This document shows, piece by piece, positions 40,869 to 48,350 of a stretch of DNA of 48,350 bases. The position numbers and the translations under genes were made by a program. This DNA comes from Thermoplasmata archaeon. Its GTDB lineage: Archaea; Thermoplasmatota; Thermoplasmata; RBG-16-68-12. The notes under the pieces were generated by a model that made no database searches, was not told where the DNA came from, and was given only the letters and a program-made list of their open reading frames with translations. The stretch is taken from NCBI GenBank assembly GCA_035632695.1, contig DASQGG010000181.1, positions 1 to 48,350 of the forward strand, read 5' to 3'. The stretch's first letter is position 1. Every line of letters starts with the position of its first letter.

Positions 40869-40891
40869 CGCGGGATTAAAGGTTTCCCGCG
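40869..40891. repeat. 7-bp perfect inverted repeat CGCGGGA / TCCCGCG around a TATA-like loop
   Basis: Arms at 40869..40875 and 40885..40891. The loop TTAAAGGTT is AACCTTTAA on the purP strand, 24-25 nt from ATG 40851. Confidence 0.6.
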
Positions 40892-40941
40892 GTCGCGTCC
40901 GTCCGCGCTGTCCTCGGGTCGAACGCGAAGGAACGGGACCC

Positions 40942-42429
40942 TCACAGCTTCTCTCCGCCGTTCGCTGCCGCAGGTGAGGCGGGCATGGGCGTCGGGGATG
41001 GCAGCCGCCCGCGGACGAGGGAAACGACCGCGGCAACCGCGAGGAGCGCGATGGACACCTCGAAAGCGAAGCTCTGCCCCGTGAGGTAAGCCGCCGCCAG
41101 GTTCGTCGGGAGGCCACCTGAGAGGTTGCCAATGAACAGCTGGTACACGTAGCGCGCCGGGATCACGCTCGTCGCCGCGACGAGGGACAGCGCGAAGCTC
41201 AGCACCATGCCCGTGTTCCGGAACGTGTTCATGACGCCCGAGGCGACGCCGTACTGCCGCGGGGGCGCCGAGGACATGATCGTGCTCGTGTTCGCCGGCC
41301 AGAACAGTCCTCCGCCGATGCCGTAAATCGCCTCGGCGATCCCGATGTCCACGAGGGGCGTAGTGGTCGTGAGGTAGAAGCTGAAGAAGATGAGGACGAG
41401 GGCCTGCACGGCGAGGCCCAGCGTGGCCACGATCCGCGCCCCGATGCGGTCCGAGAGCATGCCCCCGAACGGGCCCGTGATGGCGACCATGGCCGCCATG
41501 GGAACGATCAGGTACGAGGCGGTGAGGATGTCGAGGCCCTTCAACCCCTCCAGGTAGAAGACGAGGAGGAAGTCGACGCTGAAGAGGGCCAGCGACTGGA
41601 TGGAAGCCGTCGTGATGGAAAGGGTGAACACCCGATTCCGGAACATGGAGAAGTCGACGATCGGGTCCTTGCTGAACTTAACTTCCCAGATCACGAAGGC
41701 GGCCAGGGCCAGGGGTGCCGCGACGAAGAACGCGTAGACCAACGGATCGGTCCACGAGTAGAGGAGGCCCCAGGTAACCGCAAGCAGGAGGAAGAGGAGG
41801 CCCAAGGTGAAGAAGACCGCGGCGGGAAGATCGAATGTCTCGTTCTTGGCCGCGCGCGCCGAGGCATGCAGGGTACGATACGCCCAGTACGTCCCGAAGA
41901 TGCCCACGGGCAGGTTAATCCAGAAGATGAGGCGCCAGGAGGTGAACGTGATCACGAACCCGCCGATCACGATCCCCAGGATGGAGCCGACGCCCCAGAC
42001 GATCGCATTCACCCCGAAGGCGCGCCCCCGCTCCCGGGCCGGGAAGGCCTCGGTCAGGATCGCGAAGGAGTTCGCGGTGAGCAGCGCCGCGCCGAAGCCC
42101 TGGACTGCGCGGAAGCCGACCAACATGAGCGCGTTCGCGGAGATGCCGCAGAGCACGGACCCCACGGTGAAGACGGCGAACCCGAGGTTGTACATCCGCT
42201 TGCGTCCGTACATGTCGCCGATCCGCCCGAGGCTCAGGACGAAGGACGTGTTCACGAGGATGTAGGCGATGACCACCCAGACCATGGAGACGAAGTCGGA
42301 ACGGAGCTCCTCCGCGATGGGAAGGAGGGCCAGCAAGACGACCGTACTGTCCACGGCCGCCATGAGCGCCCCGACGGAGGTGACCGAGAGGGCCTTCCAC
42401 TTGTACTCCATGAAGGTGGGGCCCAACAA
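40942..42429 (-). CDS. MFS transporter, DHA2 (EmrB/QacA-like, 14-TMS) family
   Basis: 495 aa. VGALMAAVDSTVVLLALLPIAEEL, GRIGDMYGRKRMY (MFS motif A) and about 14 hydrophobic segments. TTG 42429 or ATG 42411 start. Confidence 0.88.
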   Translation of the reverse strand: MLGPTFMEYKWKALSVTSVGALMAAVDSTVVLLALLPIAEELRSDFVSMVWVVIAYILVNTSFVLSLGRIGDMYGRKRMYNLGFAVFTVGSVLCGISANALMLVGFRAVQGFGAALLTANSFAILTEAFPARERGRAFGVNAIVWGVGSILGIVIGGFVITFTSWRLIFWINLPVGIFGTYWAYRTLHASARAAKNETFDLPAAVFFTLGLLFLLLAVTWGLLYSWTDPLVYAFFVAAPLALAAFVIWEVKFSKDPIVDFSMFRNRVFTLSITTASIQSLALFSVDFLLVFYLEGLKGLDILTASYLIVPMAAMVAITGPFGGMLSDRIGARIVATLGLAVQALVLIFFSFYLTTTTPLVDIGIAEAIYGIGGGLFWPANTSTIMSSAPPRQYGVASGVMNTFRNTGMVLSFALSLVAATSVIPARYVYQLFIGNLSGGLPTNLAAAYLTGQSFAFEVSIALLAVAAVVSLVRGRLPSPTPMPASPAAANGGEKL

Positions 42430-42439
42430 GACGGGGTTA

Positions 42440-43315
42440 TTAATATCTGGCCCTTGCCGGGCCGGGCCCCGCCGAGGTCCTGAGCACCGCGTCTGCGACG
42501 CTCAGCGCGCGGACGGTCTCCAGGACATCGTGCGCGCGGACCACGTTCGCCCCCCGCGAGACGGCGAGGACCGCGGCGGCAAGGCTGCCGGGCAGACGCT
42601 CGCCCGGCTCGCCCGCGCCGAGCTTGCCGATGAACGACTTGCGGGAGACGCCGACCACGACCGGATGGCCGAGACCCGCCAGCTGGTCCAGCTCGCGGAG
42701 GAGCGCGAGGTTGTGGTCGAGGGACTTGCCGAACCCGACGCCCGGGTCGATCGCGATGGCCTCCGACGGCAGGCCCGCCGCCTCGAGGCTGGAGATGCGC
42801 GTGGCGAGGAAGGCTTTCACCTCGCCCACGACGTCCGCGTACTGGGGATGCTCCTGCATGGTCTTCGGGTTGCCCCGCATGTGCATCGCGACGGCCCCCA
42901 CCCGGGCCGTGGCCAGGAGGCGGATCATCGCAGGGTCCTGCAGCCCCGAGACGTCGTTCACGATCGAGGCCCCCATGTGGATGGCCTTCTCCGCGACCTC
43001 GGGTTTCATCGTGTCGATGGATAGGGGCACGTCGACCTTTCGGCCCAGCGTTTCGAACACGGGGCGCACGCGCCGCCACTCCTCCGCGGCAGGCACGGGA
43101 TCGGACCGGGGGCGGGTCGACTCGCCCCCGATGTCAATGAGGTCGGCGCCCTCCTCGATCATGGCCTCGCCTCGGCGGATCGCGGCGTCGGGTTCGAAGT
43201 AGAGACCTCCATCCGAGAAGGAATCCGGGGTCACGTTGAGGACGCCCATGACCCGCGTGCGGTCGAGCACGAGCTCGCCCGTGCGGTGCTTCCAGATCTT
43301 CGCGGGTCTCGCCAT
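42440..43315 (-). CDS. folP: dihydropteroate synthase
   Basis: Trimmed to ATG 43315 (MARPAKIW...). VMGVLNVTPDSFSDGG, DIGGESTRP, IDPGVGFGK motifs. Confidence 0.93.
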   Translation of the reverse strand: MARPAKIWKHRTGELVLDRTRVMGVLNVTPDSFSDGGLYFEPDAAIRRGEAMIEEGADLIDIGGESTRPRSDPVPAAEEWRRVRPVFETLGRKVDVPLSIDTMKPEVAEKAIHMGASIVNDVSGLQDPAMIRLLATARVGAVAMHMRGNPKTMQEHPQYADVVGEVKAFLATRISSLEAAGLPSEAIAIDPGVGFGKSLDHNLALLRELDQLAGLGHPVVVGVSRKSFIGKLGAGEPGERLPGSLAAAVLAVSRGANVVRAHDVLETVRALSVADAVLRTSAGPGPARARY

Positions 43316-43366
43316 GCGAGGACCATCGGCGGTGGCGTATTTCAGGGTGAGCCGGGACCGCGCAGG

Positions 43367-43376
43367 AACTTTATAC
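43367..43376 (+). promoter_or_regulatory. TATA-like box (AACTTTATAC) for thrS
   Basis: Distal edge 25 nt from ATG 43401. Confidence 0.45.
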
Positions 43377-43400
43377 CGCCAAAGGTTTGGGCGGGAGGCC

Positions 43401-45308
43401 ATGCGCGTCCTGTTCCTCCACGTGGACTACCTCGAGTACGAGGTCACGGGAAAGGCGTTGAAGTCCATCGGCGAGATCCCCAAAGAGCGGAAGCACGGCC
43501 GGGTCGAGGAGGCGCTCGTCTGCTTCATCAGCGCGGAGAAGCGGGACGAGGGGGATACCAAGGCGGCCGCCCTGGCCGCCGCGAGGAACATCGAGGACGT
43601 CGCGGGCCAGGTTCGCACGAGACGCATCGCCCTCTACCCCTACGCCCATCTCAGCTCGGACCTGGCGGGTCCGGAACCCGCCCAGGCCGTCCTCGCGGCG
43701 CTGGAAGCCGAGCTTACGAAGCGCGGGTACGAGGTCCACGCCTCGCCGTTCGGGTACTACAAGTCCTTCCGGGTGAGCGTCAAGGGGCACCCGCTCAGCG
43801 AACTCTCCCGCGAGATCGTCGCGGAAGCCGCGGCGACTCCGGCCGAGTCCAAGGAGATGGCGAACGAGGCTCTGAAGGCGGAGCAGAGGCTCGTCTCGCG
43901 CTGGTACATCCTCGAGCCGACCGGGGGATTCCACCCGCTCTCCATCCAAGACGGCAAGGTCGCGGGGTTCGAGTTCGCGACCCACGACCGGTTGCGACGG
44001 TTCGCCCAGTATGAGATGGCGAAGTCCCGCGAGGTCAAGGAGGAGCCGCCCCACGTTCGTCTCATGCAGGAGCTCGAGCTTGTGGACTACGAACCGGGCT
44101 CGGACCCGGGCAACCTGCGGTTCTACCCGCGGGGTCGACTGATCAAGGCCCTCGTCGAGGAGTTCGTCTCCCGCCGCATCCGCGAGTATGGCGCCATGGA
44201 GGTGGAGTGCCCGGTCATGTACGACTTCGAGCACCCGGCCCTGAAATCCTACTTGAACCGCTTCCCCGCCCGACAGTACGTCGTCCAGACGCCGAACAAG
44301 AAAGCCTTCCTCCGCTTCAGCGCCTGCTTCGGCCAGTTCCTGATCATGAAGGACATGGTCCTGTCGTACAAGCAGCTCCCCCTCCCGCTTTACGAACTCA
44401 CTCGCTACTCGTTCCGCGCGGAGCAGCGGGGCGAACTGGCCGGCCTCCGGCGGCTCCGAGCCTTCACCATGCCCGACTGCCACGCCCTGGTCGCGGACGT
44501 CGCCAAGGCGAAGGAGCACATGATGGTCCGCTTCGAGGTCGCGTGGAAGCTCATGGAAGACATGGGCTTCTCCATGCCCGACGACTTCGAGGTCGGCCTT
44601 CGCGTCACGGAGCCCTTCTGGAAGGAGCACGGGGAGTTCGTGAAGGCGTACGCAAAGCGCTGGGGCAAGCCTATCCTCGTCGAGATGTGGTCCGACCAGT
44701 TCTTCTACTTCATCCTGAAGTACGAGTGGAACTTCGTCGACGCAAACGACAAGGCCGCGGCGCTGACCACGGACCAGATCGACACGGAGAACGCGGAGCG
44801 CTTCGGGATCACGTACGTGGACGAGACGGGGCGGAAGCGGTACCCCTACATCCTGCACTTGTCCCCGAGCGGCGCCGTCGAGCGCGTGCTCTACGCGCTC
44901 CTCGAGAAGGCCGCCGCGGACATCAAGGCGGGCAAGCCGCCCATGCTTCCCCTGTGGCTATCGCCCACCCAGGTCCGAATCATCCCCGTCAGCGAGGACC
45001 AGCTCGAACACGCGCGGAAGCTCTTGGCCGCGTTCGATGGGGTGCGGGCGGACCTCGACGACACGAGCGACACCCTGGGCAAGAAGATCCGCCGCGCGGA
45101 GAAGGAGTGGGTCCCGTACATCGTCGTCGTGGGCAAGAAGGAGATCGAGTCCGGCAAGTTGAACGTCCGCGTGCGGGCCACCAAGGAGCAGAAGGAGATG
45201 ACCGCGACCGAGCTCCGCGGACTGGTGCTCGATCGCATCGCGGGCCGACCCTTCCGGCCCCTCGCGGAGCACGGGCTCATCAGCGCCCGGCCCACGTTCC
45301 GGGGATAG
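43401..45308 (+). CDS. thrS: threonine--tRNA ligase, archaeal type with N-terminal editing domain
   Basis: Trimmed to ATG 43401 (MRVLFLHVDYLEYEVTGKAL = archaeal ThrRS editing domain). Class II core (FRAEQRGELAGLRRLRAFTMPDCH) and anticodon-binding C-terminus. TAG stop. Confidence 0.95.
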   Translation: MRVLFLHVDYLEYEVTGKALKSIGEIPKERKHGRVEEALVCFISAEKRDEGDTKAAALAAARNIEDVAGQVRTRRIALYPYAHLSSDLAGPEPAQAVLAALEAELTKRGYEVHASPFGYYKSFRVSVKGHPLSELSREIVAEAAATPAESKEMANEALKAEQRLVSRWYILEPTGGFHPLSIQDGKVAGFEFATHDRLRRFAQYEMAKSREVKEEPPHVRLMQELELVDYEPGSDPGNLRFYPRGRLIKALVEEFVSRRIREYGAMEVECPVMYDFEHPALKSYLNRFPARQYVVQTPNKKAFLRFSACFGQFLIMKDMVLSYKQLPLPLYELTRYSFRAEQRGELAGLRRLRAFTMPDCHALVADVAKAKEHMMVRFEVAWKLMEDMGFSMPDDFEVGLRVTEPFWKEHGEFVKAYAKRWGKPILVEMWSDQFFYFILKYEWNFVDANDKAAALTTDQIDTENAERFGITYVDETGRKRYPYILHLSPSGAVERVLYALLEKAAADIKAGKPPMLPLWLSPTQVRIIPVSEDQLEHARKLLAAFDGVRADLDDTSDTLGKKIRRAEKEWVPYIVVVGKKEIESGKLNVRVRATKEQKEMTATELRGLVLDRIAGRPFRPLAEHGLISARPTFRG

Positions 45309-45347
45309 CCTGCGTCCCACGTTCTCACAGTTGAGAATCGCACCCGC

Positions 45348-45357
45348 TGCTTTAAGC
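45348..45357 (+). promoter_or_regulatory. TATA-like box (TGCTTTAAGC)
   Basis: Distal edge 26 nt from GTG 45383. Preceded by the TTCTCA/TGAGAA hairpin at 45322..45337, just after the thrS stop. Confidence 0.45.
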
Positions 45358-45382
45358 GCCGCCTTCGTGGCTCGGGGAGCCG

Positions 45383-46096
45383 GTGGCCCTCGTGAAGCGG
45401 GACACGGTCGACCTGCTCCTGGGAATCGGTGTGCTGGCCGTCGGCATCGGGATCCTCCTGTTCACGTTCTCCCTGGCCCTCGGGGTCGCGCAGAACCCGG
45501 GCGACTTCTTCCGGAACCAGATGGCCCAGACGAACGCCCAGGTCAAGGGGCCCACGGCGGACTTCACCTATTCCGGATCCGACCTGAACGTCACGTTCAC
45601 GGACAAGAGCGTGGCCGGCTCGGCCTCGCTGACCTCCTGGCAATGGAATTTCGGGGACAACGCGACGAGTAGTCGCCAGAATCCCTCCCATCGCTTCTAT
45701 TCATACGGCTCCTGGCAAGTCAGCCTCACGGTCGTCGACGGGAACGCGCAGCAGAGCCGGACCTTCGCCCAGGTGACCATCCAGCCCCGCGTCCCCACCT
45801 CAGGCAACGCGGTCGGGAACCCCTTCGGCGGTGCCGGCGGGCTCAACGTGAACCTCGACCTGGGCGTCTTCCTGATCCCCATCGGCGTCGGGCTCCTGAC
45901 CACAGGGATGTTCCTGGTCATGGCGTTGATCGGGGGCCTGATCACCAAGGCAGGCTGGAACCTGATCAAACCCAAGCCCGAGACGGTCCGCGTGCGGTTG
46001 AAGCCCCGGGACCTCACCCAAGCGTTCGAGGAAGACACCACGCCCGTTGGGGTCCGGCCCCAGGCGCTTGCGCCGCCTCCGCCCCCTCCCGGCTGA
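45383..46096 (+). CDS. PKD-domain membrane protein with a poly-proline tail
   Basis: N-terminal TM, then ADFTYSGSDLNVTFTDKS...WQWNFGDNATSSRQNPSHRFYSYGSWQVSLTVVDGNAQQS (PKD WxFGDG...H.Y...G.Y.V.L motif), further TM segments, and C-terminal APPPPPPG. Confidence 0.8.
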   Translation: MALVKRDTVDLLLGIGVLAVGIGILLFTFSLALGVAQNPGDFFRNQMAQTNAQVKGPTADFTYSGSDLNVTFTDKSVAGSASLTSWQWNFGDNATSSRQNPSHRFYSYGSWQVSLTVVDGNAQQSRTFAQVTIQPRVPTSGNAVGNPFGGAGGLNVNLDLGVFLIPIGVGLLTTGMFLVMALIGGLITKAGWNLIKPKPETVRVRLKPRDLTQAFEEDTTPVGVRPQALAPPPPPPG

Positions 46097-46165
46097 GTCG
46101 GCGCAGAGGCACGCCGCCTCGAAGCCACACGCTGGCCCGGCCCCGGATCGCGTCCATACGGGCCA

Positions 46166-47251
46166 TCAGTGCTTCCTAGGAAACGAGGCCGACGCGATCG
46201 GGGGGTCCTCGGTCACGAGCGCCAAGCTCGGATCCTCCGCGAACGCGACCGCAGGGTCCACGGATTCCAGGATGGCCGAGCGGACGCCCGTCATGACCGC
46301 GAGCACCCGGACGATGCCTTCGTACTTGCGGTCCACCCGGACGCCGAAGATCACGTTGGCGTCGGGACGCATCTGGGCCGTGAGACCTTCCACGATTTCG
46401 TGGGCCGTGCGAAGGCGCATCCCGGGCCCCGCGCTGATATGGATCAGGGCGCCTCGGGCGCCCCGATAGTCCACGTCGAACAGGGGATTCTCCAGGGTCT
46501 CGGACACGAGCTTCGCGGGATCCTCCTCCGCGTTCTCCCCGTAGAAGATCGTCGAGGTCCCGCCGCCCTGGAGGATCGTGCGCACGTCGTTGAAGTCGAG
46601 ATTGATCAAGGACGGGAGCGTGATCGATTCGGTCACGCCTTTGATCACCTCGCTGATCAGGTGGTCCATCACGGCGAACGCCTGTTCGACCGGGAGGTTC
46701 GGCACGAGCTCGAGGAGGCGGTTGTTGTCCAGGACGATCAGGCTGTCGGACACGGGCTTCAGCCGCTGGATGCCGGCGAGCGCGTTCGCCATCCGGCCGC
46801 GTTCCGCCTTGAAGGGCGTCGTGGCCATCGTGATGACCACGCTGCCCGCGGCCTGGGCGAGTTCGCAAATATAGGGGGCGACGCCGGTCCCTGTCCCTCC
46901 GCCTAAGCCCACGGTTACGAAGGTGAGATCCGCGTCGCCAATGATGTTGCGGAGCTCTTGCTCCGCGATCTCCGCGCAGCGCTCCCCGATTTCGGGCTTC
47001 CCGCCCGCGCCCATGCCGCGCGTCACGCCGGCACCGATGAGGAGTTTGCGGTCGCACACGATGGAATCGAGGTGGACCGCGTCCGTGTTCACGACTACGG
47101 TCCGCGCACCATGGATCCCGAGGCGGTGCAGCCGCGCCACGGAGTTGCCGCCGCCTCCCCCGCATCCGATGACGAGGACCTTGGGCTTGCCGAAGTCGAA
47201 GGAGTCGAGGAACGCCTGGTTCCCTGTCCGCTGGACCGTCTCGATGCCCAT
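46166..47251 (-). CDS. ftsZ: cell division protein FtsZ (tubulin/FtsZ GTPase)
   Basis: VLVIGCGGGGGNSVARL, tubulin signature GLGGGTGTGVAP, NTDAVHL. 361 aa. Confidence 0.93.
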   Translation of the reverse strand: MGIETVQRTGNQAFLDSFDFGKPKVLVIGCGGGGGNSVARLHRLGIHGARTVVVNTDAVHLDSIVCDRKLLIGAGVTRGMGAGGKPEIGERCAEIAEQELRNIIGDADLTFVTVGLGGGTGTGVAPYICELAQAAGSVVITMATTPFKAERGRMANALAGIQRLKPVSDSLIVLDNNRLLELVPNLPVEQAFAVMDHLISEVIKGVTESITLPSLINLDFNDVRTILQGGGTSTIFYGENAEEDPAKLVSETLENPLFDVDYRGARGALIHISAGPGMRLRTAHEIVEGLTAQMRPDANVIFGVRVDRKYEGIVRVLAVMTGVRSAILESVDPAVAFAEDPSLALVTEDPPIASASFPRKH

Positions 47252-47293
47252 CCCTGGTTCCCATCCCGGACCGGTGGCGGCCGGCCATGCGTT

Positions 47294-47311
47294 GCACCCG
47301 CGTGCGGGTGC
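47294..47311. repeat. palindrome GCACCCGC-GT-GCGGGTGC
   Basis: Two 8-nt arms separated by 2 nt, located in the 70-nt spacer between the RHH gene stop and the ftsZ start. Confidence 0.55.
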
Positions 47312-47321
47312 GCCATCTCCC

Positions 47322-47639
47322 CTAGCGGTCGGCTCCCTCGATGGCCTTGTGGAGGCGCCGTCGGACGTACTCCCGGACCGCGTTGCGGACCGCGTCCTCC
47401 ACGGACACGGAGTCGCCCGACTTCACGAGCTGCTGGAGGTCCACCACGTTGCCTTTGGGCAGCTCGATCATGAGCTTGCGAATGTAATCGGGTGCGAACT
47501 GAACGTCGATGAAGCGGTCGATCGCCGCGCGGATGGCATCGGAGATCGTGGGGTAGGTCCCGCTCTTGACCAGGGATTGGAGGGCTTGAATCTTATCGGG
47601 CGGAATGCGGATCGTGACGCGCTCGGATTCCTGGGGCAT
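47322..47639 (-). CDS. tandem ribbon-helix-helix (CopG-like) protein upstream of ftsZ (CdrS/CdrL-like position)
   Basis: Trimmed to ATG 47639. Two RHH modules are in one chain: RVTIRIPPDKIQALQSLVKSGTYPTISDAIRAAIDRFI and KLMIELPKGNVVDLQQLVKSGDSVSVEDAVRNAVREYV. Confidence 0.8.
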   Translation of the reverse strand: MPQESERVTIRIPPDKIQALQSLVKSGTYPTISDAIRAAIDRFIDVQFAPDYIRKLMIELPKGNVVDLQQLVKSGDSVSVEDAVRNAVREYVRRRLHKAIEGADR

Positions 47640-47668
47640 GAGGGTCCCTGGCCTACGTCCGACAGACT

Positions 47669-47678
47669 CTATAGTTTT
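47669..47678 (-). promoter_or_regulatory. TATA-like box (AAAACTATAG on the minus strand) flanked by the imperfect inverted repeat GACAGAC/GTCTGAC
   Basis: Proximal edge 30 nt from ATG 47639. Repeat arms at 47661..47667 and 47679..47685 match at 6 of 7 positions. Confidence 0.45.
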
Positions 47679-47759
47679 GTCTGACAATCGTATGGCAATC
47701 ACGCTATTTAACTGTATGTAAAGCAGGTTCCGTTAAGGAAAGCTTGACGCGTTTCTTGG

Positions 47760-48350
47760 TGGGTGTCATGAATGTCCCAACGGGGGCTTTCTCAGGCGTC
47801 TCTCAGGCCGACTTTTGTGGCTAATTGTCGGACGTTTCGTCCGTCTCCACGGGAGGCCACTTTCGGCGGGTTTGGTGGATCGTCGCCCAATCAATCAGGT
47901 TGGCCCAGCCATCTTCGAAAGGAAGCTTTATCCCGGAAGCCTCAGCGGGAGTCAAATCATCGAGGGCCTCATGCGGCCTGAGGTAATTGTACTGGATGAT
48001 GAATCCTTTCAGGAGGACATGGCCGGTCTCCGGGTTCTTCAGACCGCGCATCCCGTTGTAGCGCCCCTTCAGCGTGCTGTGGAACCGCTCGATCCGATTC
48101 TTGTTCCCGGCTTTGAGTCCCGGCGACCTGTCATGCGCGACGCGCCGATCCAGTCGGTTGCTCCAGTAGACCTTCTTGATCGCGCCGTTGTACGATTGGA
48201 GTCCGTCCGTGACGATGATGTGAGGACGTTCGTTGCGTCTCTTGGTTTCCAGCATGAACTTGACGGCCTGCCCAACGTCCCTGCCCGTCGAGATGTGGGT
48301 CGCGACCACATACCGCGTCTTCTTGTCGATGGCGTCCCAGAGCCACTTCC
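47760..48350 (-). mobile_element. partial IS6-family insertion sequence; inner (left) boundary not resolved
   Basis: Transposase as above. GC drops to about 55% versus about 65% for the neighbouring genes. The terminal inverted repeat cannot be defined because the other end lies outside the window. The boundary is somewhere in about 47700..47820. Confidence 0.6.
47821..48350 (-). CDS. IS6-family DDE transposase, C-terminal ~176 codons (gene continues past the right edge)
   Basis: The frame stays open to the window end: KWLWDAIDKKTRYVVATHISTGRDVGQAVKFM...IIVTDGLQSYNGAI...NRIERFHSTLKGRYNGMRG...YNYLRPHEAL. This matches the D..D..E region and the NNxIE / Y-N-(x)-RPH motifs of IS6 transposases. 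Confidence 0.85.
   Translation of the reverse strand, partial: KWLWDAIDKKTRYVVATHISTGRDVGQAVKFMLETKRRNERPHIIVTDGLQSYNGAIKKVYWSNRLDRRVAHDRSPGLKAGNKNRIERFHSTLKGRYNGMRGLKNPETGHVLLKGFIIQYNYLRPHEALDDLTPAEASGIKLPFEDGWANLIDWATIHQTRRKWPPVETDETSDN

Noticed and set aside
47772-47981. 69-aa plus-strand ORF at the IS boundary
   Set aside because: It overlaps the 3' end of the IS6 transposase on the opposite strand. It has no motif and shows poor coding composition.
1-48350. CRISPR arrays, rRNA genes, additional tRNAs, inteins, prophage or defence islands
   Set aside because: No direct-repeat/spacer periodicity, no rRNA-like conserved stretches, and no non-coding gap larger than 360 nt. All large proteins (CarB, ThrRS, the ATPase) have normal lengths without insertions. 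Apart from the IS6 fragment, the content is housekeeping.

Overview
High-GC (roughly 65%) chromosomal segment with clearly archaeal, euryarchaeal/Thermoplasmatota-like gene content. Archaeal markers are split GMP synthase (guaAA/guaAB), PurP, an archaeal-type ThrRS, a PAC2 proteasome chaperone, UPF0147, DUF131 and an AsnRS-like asparagine synthetase. Housekeeping genes include carAB, ahcY, purE, folP, ftsZ, rtcA, a SERCA-like P-type ATPase, a CPA2 antiporter and an MFS pump. There is one tRNA-Gly(CCC), and the 3' part of an IS6-family element lies at the right edge. About 55 genes are densely packed, and many neighbours share 4-nt GTGA/ATGA start-stop overlaps. I see no CRISPR array, rRNA, or recognisable defence or secondary-metabolite cluster. 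Most long alternative-frame ORFs in the track are GC-driven shadows of real genes. I did not find an unambiguous new multi-gene system. The best novelty candidate is a DUF72 gene followed by a single ORF fusing a GrpB nucleotidyltransferase-fold domain to a Y-family polymerase. Other items worth a second look: (1) a Cys4 zinc-ribbon microprotein translationally coupled to a Lon-N-domain gene that carries an in-frame TAG; (2) an SDR gene with both a frameshift and an in-frame TAG; (3) two conserved genes without a canonical start codon; (4) a single-chain tandem ribbon-helix-helix gene directly upstream of ftsZ, next to the IS6 element; (5) an orphan 6-TM protein with proteolipid-like hairpins; (6) a recurrent CTTTAA/CTTTAT box 25-29 nt before start codons, which implies mostly leaderless mRNAs.
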